DNA of 64,000 bases from Octopus vulgaris (Eukaryota): the NCBI GenBank assembly GCA_951406725.2, contig OX597816.1, positions 91,326,001 through 91,390,000 of the forward strand. The letters run 5' to 3'. A program made the translations under genes and the position numbers. The notes under the pieces were generated by a model, which saw only the letters and a program-made list of their open reading frames with translations, searched no databases and was not told the DNA's origin. This document shows positions 12,385 to 23,620 of this stretch, one piece after another. The first letter of the stretch is position 1. Every line of letters begins with the position of its first letter.

Positions 12385-12842
12385 TGTAGAGAGAACCAGT
12401 GGAAGGAGTAGACCCAGGAAGACGTGGGATGAAGTGGTGTGAAAGGGTTTACAGATGCTGGGCCTCACTGAGGAAGTAAGGGATTGGGACTTGTGGCAAT
12501 TTGCTGTACTTGAGAAGATACTTCAAGTTAAGTAAAATTGTGGCCATCCATACATACAAGCATGTCCATTGCAGGTGCTGGTATCACATACAATGCACTT
12601 CTATGTGTACCACACATAAAATGCACTCATGGCAATGGCACGTAAATGGACACATGGAAGTGACATATAAAAAGTACCCAGCACTTGCTGTAAAGTGGTT
12701 GGCATTAGGAAGAGCATCCAGTCATAGAAACCATGCTAAAGCAGTCTTTTAGTGTCTGGACAGCTCTCTGGCTGGCCAGCTTTTGTCAAGCTGCCCAACC
12801 CATGCCAGCATGGAAAACAGACATTAAATGATGGTGATGATC
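12385..12842 (+). mobile_element. RTE LINE 3' end remnant
   Basis: Degenerate GRSRPRKTWDEVV coding followed by the family 3' UTR and (GAT)n. Confidence 0.7.
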
Positions 12843-13466
12843 AATATATATTTCTGTACCAAAGTGGTTATCTTGAGTCCCATCTTTTCATGATTTTCAA
12901 ATATAGCCTGGAAATACAGTGTCATTACATCACTGGATTCTTAGAAATTAAGGATTTTTAAAAATGATATCTTTTAGTCAGGAGGGAAGACAGTGAAAAT
13001 GGGGCATCAAAGATTAATGGGAGAAAGGCAAGGAGAGGTTCTACAAACTAGAGACTTGGCTGAATGCTTGCCACAGAACAGACTCTGCTAAAGACACCTA
13101 AAATGTTAGAGGGTGGTATTAAAGCAAGTGACAAATTAAGTCTACTACCAAGTTAGACTATGGCTAGATTTGAATAAAAAGCACAAAGGACTATAACAAA
13201 TAACCCAAGGAATCGAGTTCAACATTCTTATGGTTTAGACTATCCATCACCTTCAGTTGATACTTCTTTTTATCAACCCCCACCAAAAACAAAAAAAAAA
13301 GGAAGGCAAAGTTGATCCATGCATGTTTTGAACTTGCAACACAGGAAATCAAACCAAACTGTGAGGTATTCTATCTGATACTCTGATGACTAATGACTTT
13401 ACCAATTAGCTGCTTGCTACCCTTTATAATCAACTATAACAAATATATCTCTCTTTATTTTTGCAG

Positions 13467-13616
13467 TTATACATGACTACTGGAGGAGGAAAAGTTGCTT
13501 TTTTCAGTGATGTTGGCAACAAGACTGGAGAGTTTCCATTCTTATTTGACAACATCAAACCTCTGTTTGATGCACAAAAGTTCATCGCTTGGCGGGATGG
13601 TAGCAAGAGGGTTCAT
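13467..13616 (+). CDS. WDR97: WD repeat protein 97-like exon
   Basis: ttttgcag|LYMTTGGGKVAFFSDVG...QKFIAWRDGSKRVH|gtatgt; 150 nt, phase 0-0. Confidence 0.75.
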
Positions 13617-13646
13617 GTATGTATTTTTTATATAATATAATATAAT

Positions 13647-13970
13647 ATTGGAGATGTACTTGCATAGCAAGTGATTTGATCTGAGATCGTGTGCTGAAAC
13701 GAAAATAATTGCAGCGTGGAAGGTGTTTGTAAGCCATTTAAGAAACACACAAAAGCCGTTTGATTCGCTTCAACATTTAAGTTTAATTTGTCAAAATATT
13801 TTCGTCGCTTTAAGACTGCGACCTGTTCACTGACAAAAATCCGTGATGAACAGGTCGCGGTCTTAAAGCGACGAAAATATTTTGACAAATTAAACTTAAA
13901 TGTTGAAGCGAATCAAACGGCTTTTGTGTTTCTTAAATGGCTTACAAACACCTTCCACACTGCAATTGTT
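13647..13970. mobile_element. Penelope-like family A fold-back insertion
   Basis: Inverted arms 13707-13829 and 13847-13967, extra ~60 nt on the left arm; flanked by TATAATATAATATAAT direct repeats (13631-13646, 13971-13986). Confidence 0.75.
13787..13837 (-). ncRNA. Candidate minimal type I hammerhead ribozyme, G3-C8 core variant
   Basis: Minus strand: UUUGUCA GUGAACA G GUCGC-aguCUUaaa-GCGAC GAA AAUAUU U UGACAAA. 7-bp stem I, 5-bp stem II, palindromic stem III. Confidence 0.6.
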
Positions 13971-14011
13971 TATAATATAATATAATGTAATTTATATAGT
14001 TTCATACAGCA

Positions 14012-14164
14012 GCAGGCATGGCTCTGTGGTTGAGAAGGTTGCTTTCCTGCTATGTAGTTTTGGGGTTCAGACCCACTGTGTGGCACCTTGGGCAAGTGTC
14101 CTTTACCCCATGCTGGCTAATACCTTGTGAGTGGATTTGGTTGATGGAAACTGAAAGAAGCCTG

Positions 14165-14165
<1 letters not shown>
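14012..14165 (+). mobile_element. tRNA-derived SINE 5' half followed by (GT)n
   Basis: ggcatggctctgtggtt...gggttcagacccactg; A/B-box-like head. Confidence 0.7.
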
Positions 14166-14245
<80 letters not shown>

Positions 14246-14521
14246 TATTGTTGTTGTTATGTATCCTTTTTATTCTTTTATAAATGTGACCATGCTACAG
14301 CACCATCTTTGAGGATTTCAGTCAATCATCTCAACCCTGCTCCAATACTTATTTCTGTCTGCTACTTATTTCATTGATTTATATTTCATTGAGTCAATAA
14401 CTTTACCTCCTTGATACAACATTGGTGTTTTCATATGGCAGCAGTTTCACCAATTATATTGGTCCTGCCCAGTGCTTCCTCTATTCTGTGCACATATACA
14501 CACTTGGGTGGAATTCTACTT

Positions 14522-14735
14522 TATCTATCTATCTATCCGCTCAGTCGAAGTCGACTCTCGGTTACTCGATGGATCAGTGTCCTCCAGCCAGTTCTATCCT
14601 GGGTTGCTTCTTTCAGATTGGCTATGTCCATTCGTGTGTCACTCTTGATGGTGTCAAGCCAGCAGGTTCTTGGTCGGCCTCTTCCTCTCTTGCCACTGAC
14701 CATTCCGAGCATGATGTCCTTCTCCAGGGAGAAAA
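14522..14735 (-). mobile_element. BovB-like RTE 3' end
   Basis: LEKDIMLGMVSGKRGRGRPRTCWLD...DRTGWRTLIHRVTESRLRLSG* resembles the BovB ORF C-terminus; (ATAG)n tail. Confidence 0.8.
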
Positions 14736-16094
14736 TCCACTTTATGCATGCCATATAACTCCTCTTTGCTTTTTTTAATTTTTTTTGAATTTTCAGAATT
14801 TTTTGTGAATTTGTATTTTACTCACGTGAATTCACACAACTATGAAAAAAAATGTTTTTAATTTTCAAAAATAAAAAAAAATTTTTTGGTTAATTTCTCG
14901 AATCTTTTTAGACCACTATGTAAAATATGGACAGTCCAAAGTTTAGGCTTAAATCCCAACAATTGACCATTAAATGTGTTTATGGGGAGAAAGATATTGA
15001 CAAACACTAATATGTCAGACTGACAAACAAACAAGGAGGGTATGTGATGGTCATGAGATGTGCTAAAAATAACAACTAAATAGGCCTTAAATTACACACC
15101 AAAACTTTTTGGGGTTTTTGCATAATCATATGAATTCCTGTGTGTAGAATACAAATTGACAAAAATTTTCTGAAAATTCCAAAAAATAAAGAAGTTATGG
15201 CATGGGTAAAGCAGAGTTCTGCCCACATATTACAACTAGCATGCAAAAGAAGAAGAATGTGCAGAGAAAAGATTTTCAAGAGGTAATTGAATTTTCTTTA
15301 AAATTGGGAATGGTTGTTTGCATGAATACATACAGGCTTTGCAAAGAAAGATAAAATTTGCGGACAAGAAAATTTTTGCACTCATCTATATAGCAAAATT
15401 TTAGAAGGAACATTAGCCCAGCCTAGTATAAAGAGACAGTAACACATGCCAACATTACTTCATCCTGAAGATGAGAATATGAGTATGTTGAAATATTGAT
15501 GGTGGATTTAGAAACTTTACCATTCTAAACATATTGCTTCATGGTGTGTTTGATACATAAACAAAACTATGGACATGCATGTGCACACGCACACTTATAT
15601 TCACATATGCACACACATGCTCACACATACCTACATGCATTCAAACACACATACACACAATTACACACTCGCACACACACACACACTTTATATACACATA
15701 TGCACACACATATACCTACACACATTCAAACACACACACACACACACACAATTACACATGCTCACACATAAACACATGCTCTCTCTCTTTTCTCTCTCTC
15801 TCTCTGTCTTATACACATACACATGTACTTACATACATACACACACAACCTAGTTTATTGTAAATTATTAAATATCTTTTCTGTATCTTAAAAGTAATTG
15901 CAGACATGATAAACAAAGACTATATTCTACTAAAAAGTCAAACCAAAACCTTAATTCCAACAACAATCCTGAAAAACCTTGGTAAATAAAACCAATAGTC
16001 TGAAACCAAAGAGAACATGGACCAGGTTATTACTTCATGATAACTCTGTTTGTTCACTATTTCATTGATGGTGGTAAAAAGAAAATAATGATAT

Positions 16095-16495
16095 ATTGCT
16101 ATGTAGCAAGAAGATTGTGTCCCAACCACATGGTTCCAGGTTCAGTCCCACTCCATGGCACCTTGGGCAAGCGTCTTCTACTGTAGCCTTGGGCCAACCA
16201 AAGCCTTGTGAGGGGATTTGGCTGTCAGAAACTGAAAGAAGCCTATCGTATATATATATATATATATGTTCTTTTACTTGTTTTTGTCACATATTTATGT
16301 GTGTTTGAGTCTGTGTTAGTCCCACTACCATTGCTTGACAACTAATGCTGGCATATTTATGTCCCTGTAACTTAGTAGTTCAGCAAGTACTAGGCTTACA
16401 AAGAATAAGTCCTGGGGTTGATTTCTTTGAATAAAACCCTTTAGGTGGTGCTCCAGCATGGCCACAATCATATGACAAAAACAAGTAAAAGAAAA
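16095..16495 (+). mobile_element. tRNA-derived SINE
   Basis: Same family as 61011-61428. Confidence 0.8.
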
Positions 16496-16832
16496 TATAT
16501 ATATAATGATAATAATAATAATAGTAGGGAATATAATCCTAATCTTACAGGGAAAAATTCAATTTAGCAATTCTAAATCAAATTTTACAATATATAATGC
16601 AGGTGGCATGTAAAATGCACCAATCCGACTGTGGCCAATGCCAGCCTTGCCTGGCACCAGTGCAGGTGGCATGTAAAAAGCACCCACTACACTCACGGAG
16701 TGGTTGGCGTTAGGAAGGGCATCCAGCTGTAATAACTTTGCCAGATAAGACCGGAGCCTGGTGCAGCCTTCTGGCTTCCCAGATCCCCAGTCAAACCGTC
16801 CAACCCATGCTAGCATGGAGAACGGACGTTAA

Positions 16833-16864
<32 letters not shown>

Positions 16865-16872
16865 AATATATG

Positions 16873-17128
16873 TATATAATTAAGTGAAATAACCTCTATT
16901 AAGCAATTCAATAGTGAAAGACTTTATCTATACCATATAGAAAAAATTTAAATATGCTATTATAAATATTTAAAAAATCAATAAATTAAGTTGGGCAAAT
17001 AATAAACATAATGTTTATTTAATTTATTGATTTTTTAAAATAATATTTATTATAGTATGTTTAAATTTTTTCTATGTGGTATAGATAATGTCTTTCACTA
17101 TTGAATTACTTCACAGAGGTTATTACTC

Positions 17129-17139
<11 letters not shown>
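16873..17139. repeat. AT-rich fold-back (inverted repeat) element
   Basis: taattaagtgaaataacctct...caatagtgaaagac.ttatctatacca pairs with tggtatagataatgtctttcactattg...agaggttattactcttaatta; flanked by (TA)n. Confidence 0.8.
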
Positions 17140-17194
<55 letters not shown>

Positions 17195-18218
17195 ATGACA
17201 CCCTTCCAAATGCCAACCACTTCATGTTTCATACCTACATCCAGTTGTAAAAAACCATGCAAAACTGACTTTACCTGTGCTGGTGCCACATAAAAAGCAC
17301 TCGGTCTACTCTATGGGGTGGTTGGTGTTAGGAAGGGCACCCAACCATAAAAACCATGCCAAAACAGACACAGTAACCTGGTGTAGTCTTCTACCTGGCT
17401 GGTTCCTGTCAAACTGTCCAACCCATAATACGGATGTTGGATGATGATGGTAAAATACACACACACACACACACACACACATATATGTGTGTGTGTCTTT
17501 GTGTTTGTGTTTGTCCCCTACCACTGGTGTTGATGTGTTTATGTGTCTACAGTTTAGCAGTTTGGCAAAAAGTGGCTGATAGAATAAGTATCAGTCATTA
17601 AGAAAACAAAAGTACTGAGGGTAATTTTTAAAAATAAAACCTTCAAGGCGGTGCCCCAGCATGGCTGCAGTCTTATGACTGAAACAAGTAGTAAAAAGGG
17701 ATAATAATAAGGTGTTATGGAGGAACATTTGATAACCATTTTTTTCTCAGAAAGAGTCAGAGAAGAATAGGTTTCTTGTTGTCCTGCTCTGGTTCTGTCA
17801 CTTGAGCCGTTATCCCTCTTTTGTCCCTTATCTCTTAGAATAAAGTTGTTTCCTCAGAGCTTGTAGCCCTATAAATTGCATGGCAGTCTCATTAATGCAA
17901 GTGGCACAAAAAAATATGCATCCAGCACATGCTGTAAAGTGGTTGGTGTTAGGAAGAGCATCCAACCATAGAAACTATGTCCTTTGGCCTATTAGAACAT
18001 GTCAAAAACCATCCAACCCATGCCAGCATGAAACATGAAAGTTAACTCATGATGATGATGATGACGACGACCTTTTTAAAATCATTCCTTTGTCATTTTC
18101 TTTTCTTTTTCTTTTTGTTAAAACTAACATACACCACCATCTGCCAAAACAAAATAACTGAAGAGGTCACAGATGTGTGATGAAAGATTTCTGGACAATG
18201 GACATGAGTTAAAATAAT

Positions 18219-18629
18219 TCTTTTATTCTTTTACTTGTTTCAGTCATTTGACTGGGGCCATGCTGGAGCACTGGCTTTAGATGAGCAAATCGACCCCAGG
18301 ACTTATTCTTTGTAAGCCTAGTACTTATTCTATCGGTCTCTCTTGCCAAACCGCTAAGTGACGGGGACGTAAGCACACCAGCATCGGTTGTCAAGCGATG
18401 TTGGGGGGACAAACACAGACACACAAACATATACATACACACACACACACACATATATATATATATGATGGGCTTCTCTCAGTTTCTGTTTACCAAATCC
18501 ACTCTCAAGGCTTTGGTCAGCCGGAGGCTATAGTAGAAGACACTTACCCAAAGTGCCACGCAGTGGGACTGAACCTGGAACCATGTGGTTGATAAGCAAG
18601 CTACTTACCACACAGCCACTCTTGCACCT
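18219..18629 (-). mobile_element. tRNA-derived SINE, near full length
   Basis: High similarity to 19101-19514 and 61011-61428. Confidence 0.88.
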
Positions 18630-18869
18630 GTAGTGATAAACAACCTTAATCGATTTTCGAACCTTATAGGGTTCTTATCAGAGGTGTCTATATCATTCTG
18701 ACAGTCTCCAATTTAAAAAAGAAGAACAGTAATAAACAAGTGAAAAACAAATATATAGTGCGTGTGTTTATTTGGCAAAAAAATAAAATAAAAAATAAAA
18801 ATGACCATCCCGAAATGCAACAATAATTTTAATAACTTTTAATGTACCCTCATTTTTGTTCTCTTACAG

Positions 18870-18986
18870 TTGCTGAATAATTCATTGAAAGTAATTCAGA
18901 GTGTAGATTGCCACAACTGTGTTTATCTGGTGACTTTTAATGCCAAAGGGAATGAAGTTATCGTTGTTTCCAAAGGTTACGTCAGT
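18870..18986 (+). CDS. WDR97: WDR97-like exon
   Basis: ctcttacag|LLNNSLKVIQSVDCHNCVYLVTFNAKGNEVIVVSKGYVS|gtaaga; 117 nt, phase 0-0. Confidence 0.8.
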
Positions 18987-19100
18987 GTAAGACCCTTTAA
19001 TGTACCATTTTTTTTTTTATCTTTGATTTCTTTCAGCCAATGGACTGTGGCCTTGCTGGAGCACCACCTTGAAGGGTTTCAGTTTGCTCTTTTTTTTACC

Positions 19101-19306
19101 CTTTTACTTGTTTCAGTCATTTGACTGCGGCCATGCTGCAGCACCACCTTTAGTCGAGCAAATCAACCCCATGACTTATTCTTTATAAGCCTAGTACTTA
19201 TTGTATCAGTCTCTTTTGCCGAACCGCTAAGTTACGGGGAACGTAAACACACCAGCATCGGTTGTCAAGTGATGTTGTGGGGACAAACACAGACACACAA
19301 ACATAT

Positions 19307-19352
<46 letters not shown>

Positions 19353-19514
19353 GACGGGCTTCTTTCAGTTTCTTCTACCAAATCCACTCACAAGGTTTTG
19401 GTCAGCCTGAGGCTATAGTAGAAGACACTTGCACAAGGTGCCACGCAGTGGGACTGAACCTGGAACCATGTGGTTGGTAAGCAAGCTACTTACTACACAG
19501 CCACTCCTGCGCCT
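19101..19514 (-). mobile_element. tRNA-derived SINE, near full length
   Basis: Reverse complement of the 61011-61428 family. Confidence 0.88.
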
Positions 19515-21619
19515 ATGTTTATCAAATCCATATTTATTCTATTGTTGACTTTTTGCCAAACTGAGTAATTACTCAGGGTAGGCAGTTGGTGATGTTTATT
19601 TAGTAAAACACAATAAAATAAGTGAAACACAGGCGCGCAACTAAGTTGGAAGCAGATTTATTTCTACCTTTATAGTGCATAAAGAAAACGTTGTTGTAGG
19701 AATGTACACAGCTTGTGTACTACAGCAATGCTCTGTGCAGCTCAAATACTGAGACTGAAGAGCAGGGGCATATTATGCCTACCTAATCTACAAAAAAATC
19801 AAATATTTTGCATTTTATGCATAGTAATCAGAGTAACCTTCATTATTCTACTGAATTAAGTGCATATTTTGCCATAAAAGGAACAAGTTACTATCGATCT
19901 ATTTCATTCAGGGTAGGCACTGCCTACCTTGCCTATCCAGGCAGCACATCCCTGGTATATACGATGGGCTTCTTTCAGTTTCTGTCTACCAAATCCTTTC
20001 TCACAAGGCTTTGGTCATTAATTTACATTACCCTTCAAAATTACATAACCATTATTGGCATGACTGTATGTGTAAGGAATTCACTTCTCAACCATGTTGC
20101 TTCGGGGTTAGTCGCACTGTGTTGTACTTTGGGCAAGTGTCTTCTATAACCCTGGACCAACCAAAGCCTTCTGGTGGATTTGGTCAGCAGAAACTGAAAA
20201 GAAGCAGAGACATCAGCTGTTTCCATAAATTTCCTGGAGAAGTGGTCCTAACAGTGAAATATTGAAATATCAGGTAGCAGTTCTAGCCATGGACCTGTAT
20301 TATTAATTTTTATAACCTTCATTGTCTTGGCTTTGAAATAAATATTTAAAACATTTACATATACATAATCTTTGAATAGTATATTACTGGTTGTGGTTTA
20401 TAACTGATCAAAATGTTGCCATTGTTTTTTTTACACCAGCTGTTGTAGTTATGTAATATTGATGACACTTCAGACAGGCTGGAAGCACGTTGTCTCTTTT
20501 ATGCTGGAAGTCAATGTAGACTCTGGGTGGCTTGGTGTTTGGGAAAAGAAATAACGAATGAAACAGTTAAACATTTCTAACATTTTCTTAAAGGAAAAGA
20601 AGAGTTATTTCCCATGGATTGAGGTTTGTTATGTGAAAGGTGTGTGTGTGTGTGTAATCGTTTAACGTCCACTTTCTGAGTTGGCATGAGTTGGACGGAT
20701 TGACAGGAGTTGGCCGGGCAGATGACTGCACCAGACTTCTATGTCTGTTTTGGCATGGTTTTTACAGCTGAATGCCCTTCCTAACACCATATATATTAAA
20801 CATACATATATATGTGTGTGTGTGTGTATACACACACACACATGTCATTTCCCATTCCTTAGTCCAACCTTCTCTCAGAAAATGTTATAATGTTTTTCTG
20901 TTTTTCTCTAGCTTTCATTCCATTTTGTTTTTACCAACACTAAGCTTCCCACAGTATATATATACCTCCAGCATAACAGAGGCTATGTGCTTGCAGCCAG
21001 CATGCCAGAAGAGTTGTCAATAAGTGCAGTAGTCGGTACAACAGTGATGATAACATTCTAACCAGTTATGCGGCATAAATGTCAATGATGTATAAAACAA
21101 AAAAATATCTGTTCTATTACTCATGTTGAGTATGCTTTTGTTTTCCTAATTTATAGACAACTAACTCATAATATATCATCATCATGCATGGGTCCACCAA
21201 TTACCTGTGAACCTTGCGACATGGCTGGCCCATCATAGCTTTGCATGGTGCTATTCTGTGACAACGTCCTTCACTCCAGTTCTATTCCTGATCTCTTCAA
21301 TCCAGATGTGATCACTTAGCAAGATTCTCATCATTGACCTTTCCGTGGCTCTCTGCGCTGTAAGCAGATGTTGTTCTTCTAAGAAGAACAAGAAGAACAA
21401 CATGCATACCTGTTTTGTATTCAAAGCAGCCTGGTCCAGCCTCTCATACCTACCCTACTATGTCATTCTAAATTAAACAATAACATCATTGAAACCCTGA
21501 AAACATGAGATAATACGTAAACAATTCAAAACAATGTGAATAAATAAGCATTACATTTGATAGAGTAGGCATTCAAATTACTCTGTCAAATATATATGTG
21601 TGTGTGTGTATGGTGTATA

Positions 21620-21653
<34 letters not shown>

Positions 21654-22074
21654 GGGCATGGCTGTGTGGTTAGGAAGCTTGCTTCCCAGCAACATGGTTT
21701 TGGGTTCAGTCCCACTGCATGGCACTTTGGGCAAGTATCTTCAGCTATAGCCCCAGGCTGACCGAAGCTTTGTGATTGATGCCAGGGCCACCTGACTGGC
21801 TCCTGTACTGGTGGCACATAAAAAGCATCATCCAAACGTTGTTGATGCCAGGGCCACCTGACTGGCTCCTGTGCCAGTGACACATAAAAAGCACCCACTA
21901 CACTCTTGGAGTTGTTGGCATTAGGAAGGGCATTCAGCTGTAGAAACATTGCCAGATTCTAATCCAGACCATAAGGATCTAGAAGAAATACTCCAGGGTA
22001 TTTTGTTCAACAATATAACATTTCTCTTGGAAGACAAAATAGGGTTAGGTCTGTCACAACCATGATGCCAAAGC

Positions 22075-22320
22075 TTAATCTAGTTTCCATGGCTTATATG
22101 TGACTTAAGTTACAATACTCCACCCTAAACAGAATGCCAGTCTGTCATTGGGTTTACTTCCCAGTTACTGCTGGAACTCGTTCACAGCTGAGTGAACTGG
22201 AGCAATGTAAAATGAAGTGTTTTGCTCAATAACACAATGCATCACCTGGTCCAGGAATTGAAACTGCGATCACATGATTGTGAGCGCTAAACCCTAACAT
22301 GTTGGCCATGTGCTTTCATG
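22075..22320 (-). mobile_element. Second tRNA-derived SINE family (CORE-like body)
   Basis: cagctgagtgaactggagcaatgtaaaatgaagtgttttgctcaa; related copies at 29955-30200 (+), 33415-33655 (-), 35440-35583 (-). Confidence 0.6.
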
Positions 22321-22661
22321 AAACTGTTTGTATATTATTACTCTTTCTTTGCCATCTGAAATCTTTTAAACCATCTTAACCCTATTAAACCATCTTAACC
22401 CTATTAAACATGGCAATTTGTCCGCCCTGTTTTCAATCCTCATAGCCTCCACCTGCTCAAGTGGCCTGGCCTGCCATTACAAGAAACACTGAGCTAAGTT
22501 AAATGAAATGAAATTGGTAACACAGTTTACTAGGTGCTTATCTCCTAATCAACAGCTTAGATTTAATATATTATGATTCATTTAACTGTATAGTCATGAA
22601 ATATATGTTGAAATAAAATTTTTTTTTTTTTTGGAAATGTAAAAGGCCTAGACAAAAGGGC

Positions 22662-22870
22662 TTAACCCTTTCGTTACCAACCCGGCTGAAACCGTCTCTG
22701 ACTCTGTAGTACAAATGTCTTGTTTTCATAAGTTTTTAATTAAAATCTTCCACCAAACTTTAGTCACAATTTATGTTCCTAACACTAGATTAATGATAAC
22801 TAAGTTATTTTACTAAATTATTTATTATATTTAAAATAGTTGAAAGAAACATAGAGCATCTCAAAATATA
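22662..22870. mobile_element. piggyBac-type MITE fragment
   Basis: Begins TTAA CCCTTTCGTTACC; right end missing. Confidence 0.45.
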
Positions 22871-23184
22871 TACGTAATATAAAAAAAATTCTCAAGGATG
22901 CTCATCACTCAAAACAATAAGTCTAAGGGAAATAACTCTTGTACACTAGTACTTGGGTTTATCTCCCCTGACTAAGCGTTTTATTGCAATGTGAAAGGAA
23001 CATTGTTTTTCTCTTCAGTGATTCTTAACCTTGACAGCAGCGTAACGTTGGGAGCGAACAAGGGAGCGCTTTGCGAGGCGCTGGATATTTAGCGGAACCG
23101 TGATTTTCCTTACAGATTAGATATTTAAACCAGTGGTTCTCAACCGGGTCCACATAAAATTTTTGGGATCCTGAGTAGGACATT

Positions 23185-23457
23185 TCTTTTTACTTGTTTC
23201 AGTCATTTGACTGCGGCCATGCTGGATCACCGCTTTTGGTCGAGCAAGTCGATCCCAGGACTTATTCTTTGTAAGCCTAGTACTTATTGTGTTGGTCTGT
23301 TTTGCCGAACCGCTAAGTTATGTGGACATAAACACACCAGCATCGGTTGTCATGCGATGTTGTGTGTGTGTGTGGGGGGGGACAAACACAGACACACATA
23401 CACACACACACACACACACATACACACACACACACACACACACATACACACACACAT

Positions 23458-23527
<70 letters not shown>

Positions 23528-23620
23528 ATATACACATACATATATATATATACGACGGGCTTTCAGTTTCTGTCTACCAAATCCACTCACAAGGCTTTGG
23601 CCAGCCCGAGGCTATAATAG
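23185..23620 (-). mobile_element. tRNA-derived SINE (5'-truncated) with long (CA)/(TA) tract
   Basis: Same family as 61011-61428. Confidence 0.82.

Noticed and set aside
19668-19786. Minus-strand exon-like segment
   Set aside because: Stops in all frames and a weak donor; no further support.
20440-20580. Possible extra + strand exon after ttacaccag
   Set aside because: In-frame stop in phase 0 and no good donor; exons 18870 and 29743 already join in phase.
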